64,000 bases of DNA from Bdellovibrio sp. (GTDB taxonomy: Bacteria > Bdellovibrionota > Bdellovibrionia > Bdellovibrionales > Bdellovibrionaceae): assembly GCA_036677065.1 (NCBI GenBank), contig JAKFBS010000001.1, positions 576,001 through 640,000 on the forward strand, written 5' to 3'. Below, one piece after another: positions 39,137-48,958 of this stretch; positions within the stretch are counted from its first letter, which is position 1, and every line of letters begins with the position of its first letter. Made by a program: the position numbers and the translations under genes. A model generated the notes under the pieces. The model had not been told where the DNA came from, did not search any database, and saw only the letters and a program-made list of their open reading frames with translations.

Positions 39137-39612
39137 TTTTTAGATTTTTTCCATAATCGCACATCGAGATCTTTTTTTAGATCTTGAGCTAAGTTTTTAA
39201 TTTGATCTTGGGTGGTGGTGCTATCTACTTCTTGTAGTTCCAAACTCATAGAGTGAGGTACCCCAGAGGCAATTTTTTTCGCTAAAGCCATCGTTTTTTG
39301 ATCTAATAATTCATTAAACGAGTTATTGGGAGATTTGGGAACGATCATATATATTAGTTCGCAATCCATCGCTTCCGCAGCTTTACCTAGGCTCTTCAGA
39401 GATACTGTTTTTTTACTTTCGCCGTTCTCTAATTTTGTGATGGTATTAACTGTTACACCCATCAACTCAGCCAACTGTCTTGTGGATATTCCTAAAGCAC
39501 CACGAACTGTTTTGACCCAACCCTTTTTCAAAGTAGGGCGAGTTGAAAGAGCTTTGATTTTAAGATCAAGAATTTGCCTTTGTTGATGCTGAGCCTTTTT
39601 ATTGGTTTTCAT
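39133..39612 (-). CDS. XRE HTH 'mobile mystery protein A'
   Basis: GWVKTVRGALGIS..QLA..MGV and HSMSLE.Q; ATGA overlap with the Fic gene. Confidence 0.9.
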   Translation of the reverse strand: MKTNKKAQHQQRQILDLKIKALSTRPTLKKGWVKTVRGALGISTRQLAELMGVTVNTITKLENGESKKTVSLKSLGKAAEAMDCELIYMIVPKSPNNSFNELLDQKTMALAKKIASGVPHSMSLELQEVDSTTTQDQIKNLAQDLKKDLDVRLWKKSKK

Positions 39613-39617
39613 TCATA

Positions 39618-39718
39618 TATGATCAACTATAGGTGTACATAAGTCAATTTTATGATCAACTATAGGTGTACAAAATCAGTACTTATGTATACCTATAGTC
39701 GTACATAAGTACTGATTT
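39618..39718. promoter_or_regulatory. Triple quasi-palindromic operator array plus 17-bp inverted repeat
   Basis: tatgatcaactataggtgtaca at 39618 and 39651; inverted variant at 39686-39707; perfect IR 39673-39689 / 39702-39718. Confidence 0.8.
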
Positions 39719-39848
39719 ACCTGTCTAAACCCCATACACCCCTGAAAAATCGCCATATTCGTGCTTAACACGTCGCCATTCTCTAGAGATTCTGCTCAAA
39801 TTGTGGTTTATTGGTCAGGTTTAGAAAAACATAAGGTAGGGGAGTCTC

Positions 39849-40826
39849 ATGCAAACGCAAGATAACAAAGCTCAATCGACGTTACGTAAAGTTCCAACAT
39901 TAAGCCTTGGCAGCTACACGCGTGGCTCTGAAGCAGACAAAGTTAAGTTCATTGAACAACTTTTTACGGGAATCAAAGATTACGGCTTTATCGTTTTAAA
40001 AGATCATGATGTTGATCCTTCTTTATTAAAACAAGCTTACGAAGTTTTAGAAAAATTCTATGCATTACCAGACGCAACTAAGCGTTCATACATTTCTGAA
40101 AAAGGTGGCGGTCAACGTGGCTACACAGCTTTCGGAACAGAGCACGCTAAAGGCGCTGAAGTAAAAGATTTAAAAGAATTCTGGCATGTCGGTCGCGAAG
40201 TTCCAGACGATCACCAGTTTTCTAAATACTATCCAAAAAATATTTGGCCAGATGATAATCTTGCCGAATTTCGCCCGGTGTTCGAGAAATTGTTCGCGCA
40301 ATTAGAAACTGCCGGCATCCAAATGATGGAAGCTTTAACTTATCCGTTAGAAGTTGAAAAAACTTATTTTAAAAATATGGTTCAAGAAGGTAATTCGATT
40401 TTACGTTTACTTCATTACCCACCGATTCCTGAAGGCACTGATCCTCGTTGCATCCGCGCTGCGGCTCACGAAGATATTAACTTTATCACGATCTTACCTG
40501 CGGCTACGCAATCGGGCCTGCAATTAAAAGATCGCGATGGCACATGGTTAGACATCGAATCTGATTTTGGCACATTGATCGTTGATGCTGGTGACATGTT
40601 AGCGCGTATCACGAATGAAGTGATTCCATCGACTACTCACCGTGTGATTAACCCGCAAGATGGTACGAATAAATCTCGTTATTCAATGCCATTCTTCATG
40701 CATCCACACCCAGAAAGCTTATTAAGCTGTCTGCCTTCATGTCGCGGTGCTGGGGCTAAATACCCGGATATCACGGGTCACGAGTTCTTAATGCAAAGAC
40801 TTCGCGAAATCGGCTTAATCAAATAG
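39849..40826 (+). CDS. IPNS-family 2OG-Fe(II) oxygenase
   Basis: RGY, DLKE, LRLLHYP, HxD (HED), H...RYS. Confidence 0.9.
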   Translation: MQTQDNKAQSTLRKVPTLSLGSYTRGSEADKVKFIEQLFTGIKDYGFIVLKDHDVDPSLLKQAYEVLEKFYALPDATKRSYISEKGGGQRGYTAFGTEHAKGAEVKDLKEFWHVGREVPDDHQFSKYYPKNIWPDDNLAEFRPVFEKLFAQLETAGIQMMEALTYPLEVEKTYFKNMVQEGNSILRLLHYPPIPEGTDPRCIRAAAHEDINFITILPAATQSGLQLKDRDGTWLDIESDFGTLIVDAGDMLARITNEVIPSTTHRVINPQDGTNKSRYSMPFFMHPHPESLLSCLPSCRGAGAKYPDITGHEFLMQRLREIGLIK

Positions 40827-40854
40827 TTTTAAATCGTTACCCAAGCAAAAAAAT

Positions 40855-40887
40855 AACGCAGGGTCTAGTAAGACCACTGCGTTTTTT
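40855..40887 (+). terminator. Intrinsic terminator
   Basis: aacgcag-ggtct...agacc-a-ctgcgtttttt. Confidence 0.65.
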
Positions 40888-40920
40888 GCTTTTGGCCTCT
40901 AGTAATGGTTTCATTAAGAC

Positions 40921-41580
40921 ATGAAAACATTTCTTTTAATTTTATTGTCGTTAGTTTGCGTTGCCCAAAACTCTTTGGCCGCCGAGCCAGCATACTGTAA
41001 TCCAGAAACTTTTTTTGAAAAAGAAATTGAAACACAAGCTGGGATTTGGCGTCATCACACCTTTAGATTTGGCGATGTGATTTTATTAGGTGGAGCGATC
41101 GGCTACAGTAATCCATTAAAGATCACAGGCTTTGCCGAAGAAAATTCGACAGCAACATCAGCAGAAAAGTACTGCACTTGGTATTACAACGACGGCAATG
41201 ATTTTGCCTCTACTTTGTTTAACCATCATTACGTGACCAATCCGCAAAAAGTGACAGAAATTACTGGTCCGCAAGAGTATCGTGAAGTTTTAAAAGATCA
41301 GTTTGCAAAAGCTAACTTGAGTTTTTTATCATGTTTAGAAAATCATAAATACCTGGCGATGGGCTGTAATGGTCAAATGCACCGTGGGCCTACAGTCTTT
41401 GGAATGTTGTTAAGCTTTTCGGGCTGTAGTTCGAAAAATTCTTTAGCGATCGTAAATAAGTTGTGGGGTAAGAACGGCGTTAAACCAGAAGTTCGCCAGG
41501 CGATTATCGAAGAAGGTTATAAGCTAGGAAACGATGATCCGCAGGCTCGTTTAAGAATGCAAAAGGTTCTGGGTTATTAG
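40921..41580 (+). CDS. Secreted protein with CX5R motif, paralog 1
   Basis: Signal peptide; MGCNGQMHRGPT. Confidence 0.75.
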   Translation: MKTFLLILLSLVCVAQNSLAAEPAYCNPETFFEKEIETQAGIWRHHTFRFGDVILLGGAIGYSNPLKITGFAEENSTATSAEKYCTWYYNDGNDFASTLFNHHYVTNPQKVTEITGPQEYREVLKDQFAKANLSFLSCLENHKYLAMGCNGQMHRGPTVFGMLLSFSGCSSKNSLAIVNKLWGKNGVKPEVRQAIIEEGYKLGNDDPQARLRMQKVLGY

Positions 41581-41676
41581 TTCAAAGGCTAGTTTTCTAG
41601 CCTAAGGTCTGCTGAATTTACGCGACTTTCATACCGATAGGATAGGGATTCAATAACCCTAACCATTGGATGTATA

Positions 41677-42336
41677 ATGAAAGCATTTCTATTAATTTTA
41701 TTATCTGTAGTTACTTTAGCCCAGGTCGTTGCTGCTTCAGAGCCGGCTTATTGCGAACCTGAAAACTTTTTTAAGAAAGAATTTGATCCACACGAAAATA
41801 TTTGGCGCGATCATGCGTTTAAGTTCGGTGATGTTGTTTTATTAGGTGGAGCGATCGGCTACAGTAACTCGCGCAAAGTGGCTGAATTTGCAGAAGAAAA
41901 TTCAACAGCTTCGGCAGCCGAAAAATACTGTACTTGGTACTACAACGAAGGCAACGACAATGCGGCGGGGTTATTTAACCATCATTTCGTTTCGAATCCT
42001 AAAAAAGTCACGACGGTCACAGGCCCTAAAGAGTATCGCGCAGTTTTAAAAGATCAGTTTGCAAAATCAAAGAACAGTTTTTTATCGTGTTTAGAAAAGC
42101 ATAAAATTTTAGTGATGGGCTGTAATGGCCAAATGCACCGCGGACCAACCGTGTTCGGAATGTTATTGGGCTTTTCGGGTTGTAGCTCGAAAAATGCATT
42201 AACGATCGTAAATAAGCTTTGGGGTAAAAATGGTGTTAAACCAGAAGTGCGCCAGGCAATTATCGAAGAAGGTTACAAGTTAGGAAGCGAAGACCCAGAG
42301 GCCCGCCTAAGAATGCAAAAAGCCTTAGGTTACTAA
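41677..42336 (+). CDS. Secreted protein with CX5R motif, paralog 2
   Basis: Same length (219 aa) and collinear with paralog 1. Confidence 0.75.
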   Translation: MKAFLLILLSVVTLAQVVAASEPAYCEPENFFKKEFDPHENIWRDHAFKFGDVVLLGGAIGYSNSRKVAEFAEENSTASAAEKYCTWYYNEGNDNAAGLFNHHFVSNPKKVTTVTGPKEYRAVLKDQFAKSKNSFLSCLEKHKILVMGCNGQMHRGPTVFGMLLGFSGCSSKNALTIVNKLWGKNGVKPEVRQAIIEEGYKLGSEDPEARLRMQKALGY

Positions 42337-42389
42337 GAGCAGGTAGTCTAAGGTTGTCGGTAAAGTAAAAAAAGAGTAATCTTACTTAC

Positions 42390-43166
42390 ATGAGAAAAGA
42401 TTTGTTATTAGGAATTGGAGCCACGTTATTTGCGATGGCTCTTTTTTATTTCGCGGATAATCCAACTGCAAAATTAAATATCGGAAAAAATAAAATTGAT
42501 TCTGATGGCGACTACGGCGTGCCAGCCAATAAAAAAATATTAAATGACGAAGTGGCTGAAGCTCAGGCAGCTATATCTGCACGCTCGGCGGTTTCAGCAC
42601 CTTCAGAAGCTCTGAAGGCGGGAACGGCTCGTGATACCATTTCAAAAAATTTCGTAGAGCACTTAAAAACCATCGGCACCTGTTTGAAAATCAATCCTGC
42701 GATTGATAACCCAACAATCGAACCTACGTATGATAACTTGTTAATTAGCCTTCGTCCGGCCATTGGTGAGCTTGTGGTGCAAATGGATGACTGGACGCAG
42801 ATGGATCTGCAAAGTCCCGATGGCAGCCGTAAGCGCATCCGTACAGAGGTAAATTACGAAAACCCGAATGCTCCGGTTAAGTACGTGCAGCTTTATCATA
42901 TCAACGATCAGGGTTTTCCTGAAATGCAGCAAGTTGACGCTGAAAAAGCGCGTAATCCATCAGATGATTATATTAATTATTTACGTGGTGGTGCTGATTT
43001 AATGTTAAATGAACGCGGAAGCCGCGTGTATTTTCAAGAGGGCGAAGAGATCGTTCTTGTTGAAAGATCTGGTGTGATTGAATCTTTTTCATTAAGCAAA
43101 AACGGAAAAACAGTCAGTTGCACTGGCTTAGATGCCATCAATTCGAACTGTCAGTGTGTTCAATAG
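42390..43166 (+). CDS. Hypothetical membrane-anchored exported protein
   Basis: N-terminal TM; Cys-containing C-terminus. Confidence 0.7.
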   Translation: MRKDLLLGIGATLFAMALFYFADNPTAKLNIGKNKIDSDGDYGVPANKKILNDEVAEAQAAISARSAVSAPSEALKAGTARDTISKNFVEHLKTIGTCLKINPAIDNPTIEPTYDNLLISLRPAIGELVVQMDDWTQMDLQSPDGSRKRIRTEVNYENPNAPVKYVQLYHINDQGFPEMQQVDAEKARNPSDDYINYLRGGADLMLNERGSRVYFQEGEEIVLVERSGVIESFSLSKNGKTVSCTGLDAINSNCQCVQ

Positions 43167-43198
43167 CGTGTCTTCGACACGACAATAACGTGATCGCT

Positions 43199-43270
43199 TT
43201 AAGCGATCACGATGTGAGTTACGATAAGAGCAGCAAGTACAACCATTAATGACATATTTAAGTTATTCAT
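43199..43270 (-). CDS. Candidate 23-aa hydrophobic small protein
   Basis: SD AAGGGGA before ATG 43270; MNNLNMSLMVVLAALIVTHIVIA*. Confidence 0.4.
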   Translation of the reverse strand: MNNLNMSLMVVLAALIVTHIVIA

Positions 43271-43491
43271 AGGATTATTCCCCTTTCTTGGATCTATACA
43301 TAGAACTATTTTTACTACATTTCCACTGTCATAATCCTGACAGGCATTAACTTCATGAAGTGACAAATATCGAAAATTAGATGTCATCTGATTAGACGAT
43401 TGGGTTTCTATGCCCGTTAAAATTAAGCTTATTGTGGCCAGTAAAGTGCTTTAAAACCTTCGGAACCCTAAAAGGGCTGAAGGACGTATTT

Positions 43492-45045
43492 GTGAAAAAG
43501 CTTGGAATCTATCTGTTTTTAGCGATTTTATTGCAGAGTTTTACTGCCTCAGCAGATCTTTGGACTGTGACCCAACAGTGGTCGCCAGAGCTTGAAACCC
43601 AGTATCAAGAGTGGGTAAAAACCAATGCTAAAGTCGACATGTTTTCGCGTGAATTTTTAGATGCAAAAAAAACTGTTTTAAATCCTTATTACGGCATGAC
43701 TACTGACTGTGCTGATACGGTTTACGCTTTACGTGTTATTTTCTCTTTCGAAAATGGTCTTCCATGGGCTATTAGAAATCCCGCAAGCCCTAAAAAGGTG
43801 ATTGCGCAAACGATGAAGCGTTTTGATAGTTATCCAGAAGGCGTTCCGCGCTTGCGAGCTTTTTTCAATATGCTATTTGATATCGTAAGTACAACTAGCT
43901 TACAGCACGACACTTATCCTGTTTCGATTAATAAAATTCATCCAGGCGTGATTATTTTAACTGCGAAAATCAACCATCACTCGTGGACGATTGCAGGTAT
44001 CGACGCTAAAGGAAATCCTCGTTTAGTGTATAACTCGGTTGTTGGTAAAGCTTCAGGTTCTAAATTACAACAGCGTTCAAGCTGGCCAAATCCGTTCTGG
44101 GTATTTCAGCCAGATGAAAAGCTAACAGATCCAAATGATCCATTGTCTGCAAAATTTAAAGTTCCGGTTTATGTACTTGATAGCTATGCAGGATTTCGTT
44201 ACTGGATTCCGATTGATAAATTAACAACTGATATACGCTTGCTTCCTGAATACAGCAACGATCAGTATGAGCTGGATTTAAAATCGTGGAAACAAACTAT
44301 TCAATCTAAATTAGCGACTAAAAAAGAATCTCTGCAAGAAGTGGTCGAGCGCCTGTTAAAAGATGCTTGTGATGATGTTAAGCAACGTATTACAGCAGTT
44401 GATGAAGCGGATCACTACAGAAAATTATTAAAACAAGCTCAAGAAAAAGAAGCAGCTTTGATTATGGCAAAAGCCAGCATGTTGCCGATCGAAGAAAAAG
44501 ATCAAGACTTGTTAGATATTTTAAAAGAATACAATGCTGATAAAAATGCTCTGGCTAATCCGCAGTGTTTAACGGCGAAACAATACGACCAACTTTCAAC
44601 ACCAAGCCGTGATAAACGTTTATTTGATGCCGTGATGTTAGCGCGCGCTTACTTTGTGCACGCGATGGAAGTCGGCGGAACTAAAGCATTCAGTGCGATT
44701 CGTTTAAAGCAGTTTAAAAGAATTTTTGCTCGTCCGGATAAACCTGCACGCGTTGAATCTGATTTAGCAACGGCTCCGATTACAGCCGGCGAGCTTTCAA
44801 TTTGTCGTGTGAAAATCGGTAAAGAAACTTTAGATATGGCTGAAATTAAACGCCGCTTATTTAAAAGCTACCTGTCTTCGAATCCGAATGAAGATCTACT
44901 TGGTCGCTGGGGCGCCCGCGCAGCTAAGCCATCTGAACTAGCGGCAAGCTGTTCGACTTACGGCGAAGTTTATAGCGCGTATGATTTAGATCAAGCCGAA
45001 GTTGAAGCACAGAATGAAATTCAAACTTTTAAAGGTATGAACTAA
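43492..45045 (+). CDS. Hypothetical secreted protein, possible Cys/His hydrolase
   Basis: GTG start after AAGGA; signal ending ASA; TDCAD and NHHSW motifs. Confidence 0.7.
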   Translation: MKKLGIYLFLAILLQSFTASADLWTVTQQWSPELETQYQEWVKTNAKVDMFSREFLDAKKTVLNPYYGMTTDCADTVYALRVIFSFENGLPWAIRNPASPKKVIAQTMKRFDSYPEGVPRLRAFFNMLFDIVSTTSLQHDTYPVSINKIHPGVIILTAKINHHSWTIAGIDAKGNPRLVYNSVVGKASGSKLQQRSSWPNPFWVFQPDEKLTDPNDPLSAKFKVPVYVLDSYAGFRYWIPIDKLTTDIRLLPEYSNDQYELDLKSWKQTIQSKLATKKESLQEVVERLLKDACDDVKQRITAVDEADHYRKLLKQAQEKEAALIMAKASMLPIEEKDQDLLDILKEYNADKNALANPQCLTAKQYDQLSTPSRDKRLFDAVMLARAYFVHAMEVGGTKAFSAIRLKQFKRIFARPDKPARVESDLATAPITAGELSICRVKIGKETLDMAEIKRRLFKSYLSSNPNEDLLGRWGARAAKPSELAASCSTYGEVYSAYDLDQAEVEAQNEIQTFKGMN

Positions 45046-45105
45046 AGTCCAGATTACACAGTAGTCCTCTGGGGAAAAGCTCATGACTTCGATAAACTAG
45101 AGGTC

Positions 45106-46209
45106 ATGAAGTATTTATTATTTTACACGATGGTTTTGCTTTCGACTGCGGTCAAAGCTGAGATTGTCGAATTCAAATTACAAACTGAAAATCAAGCCTG
45201 CAAAGGGCTTTCACAAGTTGTTATTACTCAGGATAAAGTGGTGTTGTATCAACTTGAAGTTCCGATGTATGGAACGGGCCAAATTCACTTACTAACTGGC
45301 AACTACCAAATCGATGTGATCAATAAAGAAGGTTGCACTTATCAGAACCTTATTCAAATTTCTGATCTGCCAAATAAATTGATCGAAGTAAAATTAGAAA
45401 TGCAACCGCGCAAGCCCGCAATGACTTTAGAAGCTTCTGGCGGCATGACTCAGGGTTTTAATCCGATGAGCTATAATTTATGGCCGTCACCCTGGTGGGG
45501 TGGCTGGGGTTATAACCAATTTAACACGCAATTTTATTCTCCCTGTGGTTGGAGCATGTATGGCTGCAGTGGTAATTCTTATCCGCACAACGGCAATATC
45601 GCTATGGGAAAACCGAATATTTATTTCGCCGGCAAAGATGAAGGAAAATTTAAATTAAAATTTACAGACGATAATTTTAATTTTTTAGCAACAGTTCCAA
45701 GTTTTAAAGGCAAAGAAATTGGCGGCGAACTTCGTAAAGGCAGTATTTATAACGAGAACACGTGGTATCCGTATTTATTTTACGATGCCCGTATCAACGA
45801 TGACCACTTACAAAACAACCAAGGCTTTTGCGGAACCCGTAAAGAGATCTTTCAATTTATGATGGAAGGTTTAAAAAAATACGAATTTCCAAATGAAGCC
45901 AGAACCGATTTTGCAGAATACTGGTCAGTTAAAATCCCTGAAGCCTTACGCTACTGCGTTTTTCCCCAAGCTAGTGCACAGTTAGATAAAGCAGCGCCGC
46001 TAGAAATTACTTTTGATGATAAATCACAAGTGCAAACTGAAAGACTATTCTATTTAGTGATTCCGCAAGACTACAAAGGTAAACGTATTCCTGCTAAGTC
46101 GAATAAGTTTTCAGATAAACCAAAAAATACATGGAAGCACTATTCACGCACCGTGATTCCAAAAATGGCTTACATCTATGAATGGGGCGTGGGATTTATT
46201 TTCGAATAA
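45106..46209 (+). CDS. Hypothetical secreted protein (KPxIY...YPYLFY-type domain)
   Basis: Signal ending VKA; KPNIYF, YPYLFYD, DFAEYW and EWGVG motifs. Confidence 0.7.
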   Translation: MKYLLFYTMVLLSTAVKAEIVEFKLQTENQACKGLSQVVITQDKVVLYQLEVPMYGTGQIHLLTGNYQIDVINKEGCTYQNLIQISDLPNKLIEVKLEMQPRKPAMTLEASGGMTQGFNPMSYNLWPSPWWGGWGYNQFNTQFYSPCGWSMYGCSGNSYPHNGNIAMGKPNIYFAGKDEGKFKLKFTDDNFNFLATVPSFKGKEIGGELRKGSIYNENTWYPYLFYDARINDDHLQNNQGFCGTRKEIFQFMMEGLKKYEFPNEARTDFAEYWSVKIPEALRYCVFPQASAQLDKAAPLEITFDDKSQVQTERLFYLVIPQDYKGKRIPAKSNKFSDKPKNTWKHYSRTVIPKMAYIYEWGVGFIFE

Positions 46210-46235
46210 AAAAAGGGGCTTTTAAGGCCCCTTTT
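46208..46235. terminator. Bidirectional terminator
   Basis: aaaaaaggggc-ttttaag-gcccctttt between convergent genes. Confidence 0.8.
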
Positions 46236-46239
46236 CATT

Positions 46240-48939
46240 TTACTGAAAGCGAGTTAACGCTTCCTTAAGTGAAACGACTTGAACTTTTGATTGCGCCAAC
46301 AATAATCTATCAGCCGCAATTACATCTTCATCAGCGTTTGCTACGAATTTTTCGTTAGATAATTTATTCGTAAGCAAGTTGATGTCTTTATCAAGTTTTT
46401 CGATTGTTTTTTGAATACGTTTTAGCTCTTCATCAAAATCGACCAAACCTTCTAAAGGAATAATCACTTTAACTTGTGTGTCTTTTACTGATACCGAAGT
46501 TACGGCACATTTCATTAAATCGCCATCTGCACCGATATCTAAAGTTTCTAAACGACCGATGGTCATTAACGCTGTACGGTTATCGCTTAACGTTTTTTGA
46601 ACAGCATCATCAGTTACGCCTAGACGAACTTTAAGTTTAATAGCCGGGCTAATACGATTTTCACCGCGAATATTACGCATAGCTGTGATCACTTCTTTAA
46701 CGATATCAATTTCATGCTCTGCTTTTTTACTGCCGAATGCTAAGAATTCGCGATCATTTGCCGTGGTTGGGTAGTTATCGATAATACAAGCTTCAGCTTT
46801 TAGCGGAAGTTTGGCATAGATTTCTTCAGTGATAAACGGGCAGAACGGGTGAAGTAATCTAACGATGCGATTTAAAACATGCGCCATCACTAATTGCGTC
46901 GCTTGTTTTTGTTCTGCATTTTGTCCAGATACGATGGGTTTAGAAAATTCAATGTACCAATCGCAGAACTGATTCCAGATAAATTGGTAAAGTTCTAATG
47001 CCGCTTCAGAGAACTTTTCGCCCTCTAAGGCTTCTTGCACTTTTTTCTCGGTATCGCCTAGTTTTGAAATAATCCATTGGTCAAATACGCTGATGTTCGC
47101 TTTAGCCGGCATAGCTTTAAGGCCTTCAGCTGGAATCGGCATATCAGAAATATTTGATAAGACGAAGCGAGACGCATTCCAAACTTTATTCATAAAGTTA
47201 CGGTAGCCCTCTAAACGTTGTTCAGAGAATTTAAAATCTTTACCGCTAAACAGATGCGCTAAGAAACTAAAACGTAAAGCATCAGCTCCGTATTTATCGA
47301 TCATCTCGATTGGATCGATTGAGTTACCTAAAGATTTAGACATCTTGCGGCCTTGGGCATCGCGAACAAGCCCGTGAACATAAACTGTTCTGAACGGAAC
47401 ATCTTTTTTAAACTCAACACCCATGACGATCATTCTGGCAACCCAGAAGAAAATAATATCGTGACCAGTAACTAAGTAATTTGTCGGGTAGAAAGTTTTT
47501 TGTGTTTCAACAGAGTGTTGATCTTCATTAGGCCAACCCATTGTTGAAAAAGGCCAAAGAGCAGATGAAAACCAAGTGTCTAATACATCTTCTTCTTGAG
47601 AAATCTTAGTGCTGTTGCAGTGATCACAGTGTGCAGGCGTGGTTTCTGCTACCGTGTGTTTTTCGCAATCATGGCAGTGCCATGCGGGAATACGATGCCC
47701 CCACCATAATTGGCGCGAGATACACCAGTCTTCAATGATATTCATCCAGTGAAGATAAACTTTTGTCCACGATTCTGGTTCAAAACGGATTGTGCCAGAT
47801 TCAACCACACGTTTTGCAGGAACAGCTAGCTCTTCCATTTTAAGAAACCATTGCTCAGACATAAATGGTTCAACGATAGCGTCTGTACGCGAACAGTGAC
47901 CCACTGAATGCATGTGTGGTTCTTCTTTAACTAATAGGCCTTGTGCTTTTAAGTCTTCACAAACTTTTTTGCGAGCTTCTATAACTTTTAAACCTTGGTA
48001 AGGACCAGCGTTTTCGTTCAATAGAGTTTTTTTAGTAAGAATATTAATAAATTCTAATTTGTGAGTTTTACCGATTTTGTAATCGTTAAAATCATGGGCC
48101 GGAGTAATTTTCACAACACCTGAACCAAAAGCGAGATCTACATAAGTGTCAGCGATGATTTTAATTTTACGATTGATCAACGGAACGGTTACAGTTTTTC
48201 CGATTAAATGTTGGTAACGAGTATCGTCCGGGTGAACACATAATGCCGTATCACCTAACATCGTTTCAGGACGAGTCGTAGCTACAGTTAACATTTCATC
48301 AGTGCCATCAACAGGGTAGTTAATGTGGTAAAGAGTTCCTTTAACTTGTTTGTGTTCAACTTCAAGATCAGAAATTGCAGACTCTAACGGGCCTGACCAA
48401 TTGACTAAACGTTGGCCTTTATAAATTAAATTCTTTTTGTATAAAGAAACAAAAGTTTTACGAACAGCTTTTGAAACGCCGTCATCTAAAGTAAATGTGG
48501 CGCGTTCCCAATCACATGAATCACCTAAACGACGCATTTGATTGTAAATACGATCGCCGTATTCGTGTTTCCATTCCCAAACTTTTTCTACGAATTTTTC
48601 GCGGCCTAAATCATGACGGGTAACGCCGCCATTTTTCTTTAACTCTTTTTCAACTACTGTTTGTGTCGCAATCCCTGCGTGATCTGTTCCTGGTAACCAC
48701 ATGGCATTAAAGCCAGACATACGCTTCCAGCGGATTAATAAATCTTGAATCGTGTGATCAAGTGCGTGGCCTAAATGTAAAAAGCCAGTGACATTTGGAG
48801 GAGGTAAAATAATAGAAAACGGAGGTTTTGTTGATTGATCTTGGGCTTTGAAATAGCCTTTGTCTTCCCACTGTTTGTAAACAGTAGCTTCAACGTCTTG
48901 TGGATTATAACGATCGGCGAGCGTAGTAGGATTTGTCAT
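46240..48939 (-). CDS. valS: Valyl-tRNA synthetase
   Basis: PPPNVTG.LHLGH, WCISRQLWWGHRIP and KMSKS. Confidence 0.98.
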   Translation of the reverse strand: MTNPTTLADRYNPQDVEATVYKQWEDKGYFKAQDQSTKPPFSIILPPPNVTGFLHLGHALDHTIQDLLIRWKRMSGFNAMWLPGTDHAGIATQTVVEKELKKNGGVTRHDLGREKFVEKVWEWKHEYGDRIYNQMRRLGDSCDWERATFTLDDGVSKAVRKTFVSLYKKNLIYKGQRLVNWSGPLESAISDLEVEHKQVKGTLYHINYPVDGTDEMLTVATTRPETMLGDTALCVHPDDTRYQHLIGKTVTVPLINRKIKIIADTYVDLAFGSGVVKITPAHDFNDYKIGKTHKLEFINILTKKTLLNENAGPYQGLKVIEARKKVCEDLKAQGLLVKEEPHMHSVGHCSRTDAIVEPFMSEQWFLKMEELAVPAKRVVESGTIRFEPESWTKVYLHWMNIIEDWCISRQLWWGHRIPAWHCHDCEKHTVAETTPAHCDHCNSTKISQEEDVLDTWFSSALWPFSTMGWPNEDQHSVETQKTFYPTNYLVTGHDIIFFWVARMIVMGVEFKKDVPFRTVYVHGLVRDAQGRKMSKSLGNSIDPIEMIDKYGADALRFSFLAHLFSGKDFKFSEQRLEGYRNFMNKVWNASRFVLSNISDMPIPAEGLKAMPAKANISVFDQWIISKLGDTEKKVQEALEGEKFSEAALELYQFIWNQFCDWYIEFSKPIVSGQNAEQKQATQLVMAHVLNRIVRLLHPFCPFITEEIYAKLPLKAEACIIDNYPTTANDREFLAFGSKKAEHEIDIVKEVITAMRNIRGENRISPAIKLKVRLGVTDDAVQKTLSDNRTALMTIGRLETLDIGADGDLMKCAVTSVSVKDTQVKVIIPLEGLVDFDEELKRIQKTIEKLDKDINLLTNKLSNEKFVANADEDVIAADRLLLAQSKVQVVSLKEALTRFQ

Positions 48940-48958
48940 AGCTATCTAAGATAGCAAT

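Noticed and set aside
39618..39718. Possible mini-CRISPR
   Set aside because: Only two 22-bp direct copies with an 11-nt spacer and no cas genes; operator sites explain it better
39849..40826. 2OG-Fe(II) oxygenase as a tailoring enzyme of the YcaO cluster
   Set aside because: Separated by the Fic/HTH pair and has host-like codon usage; probably core genome
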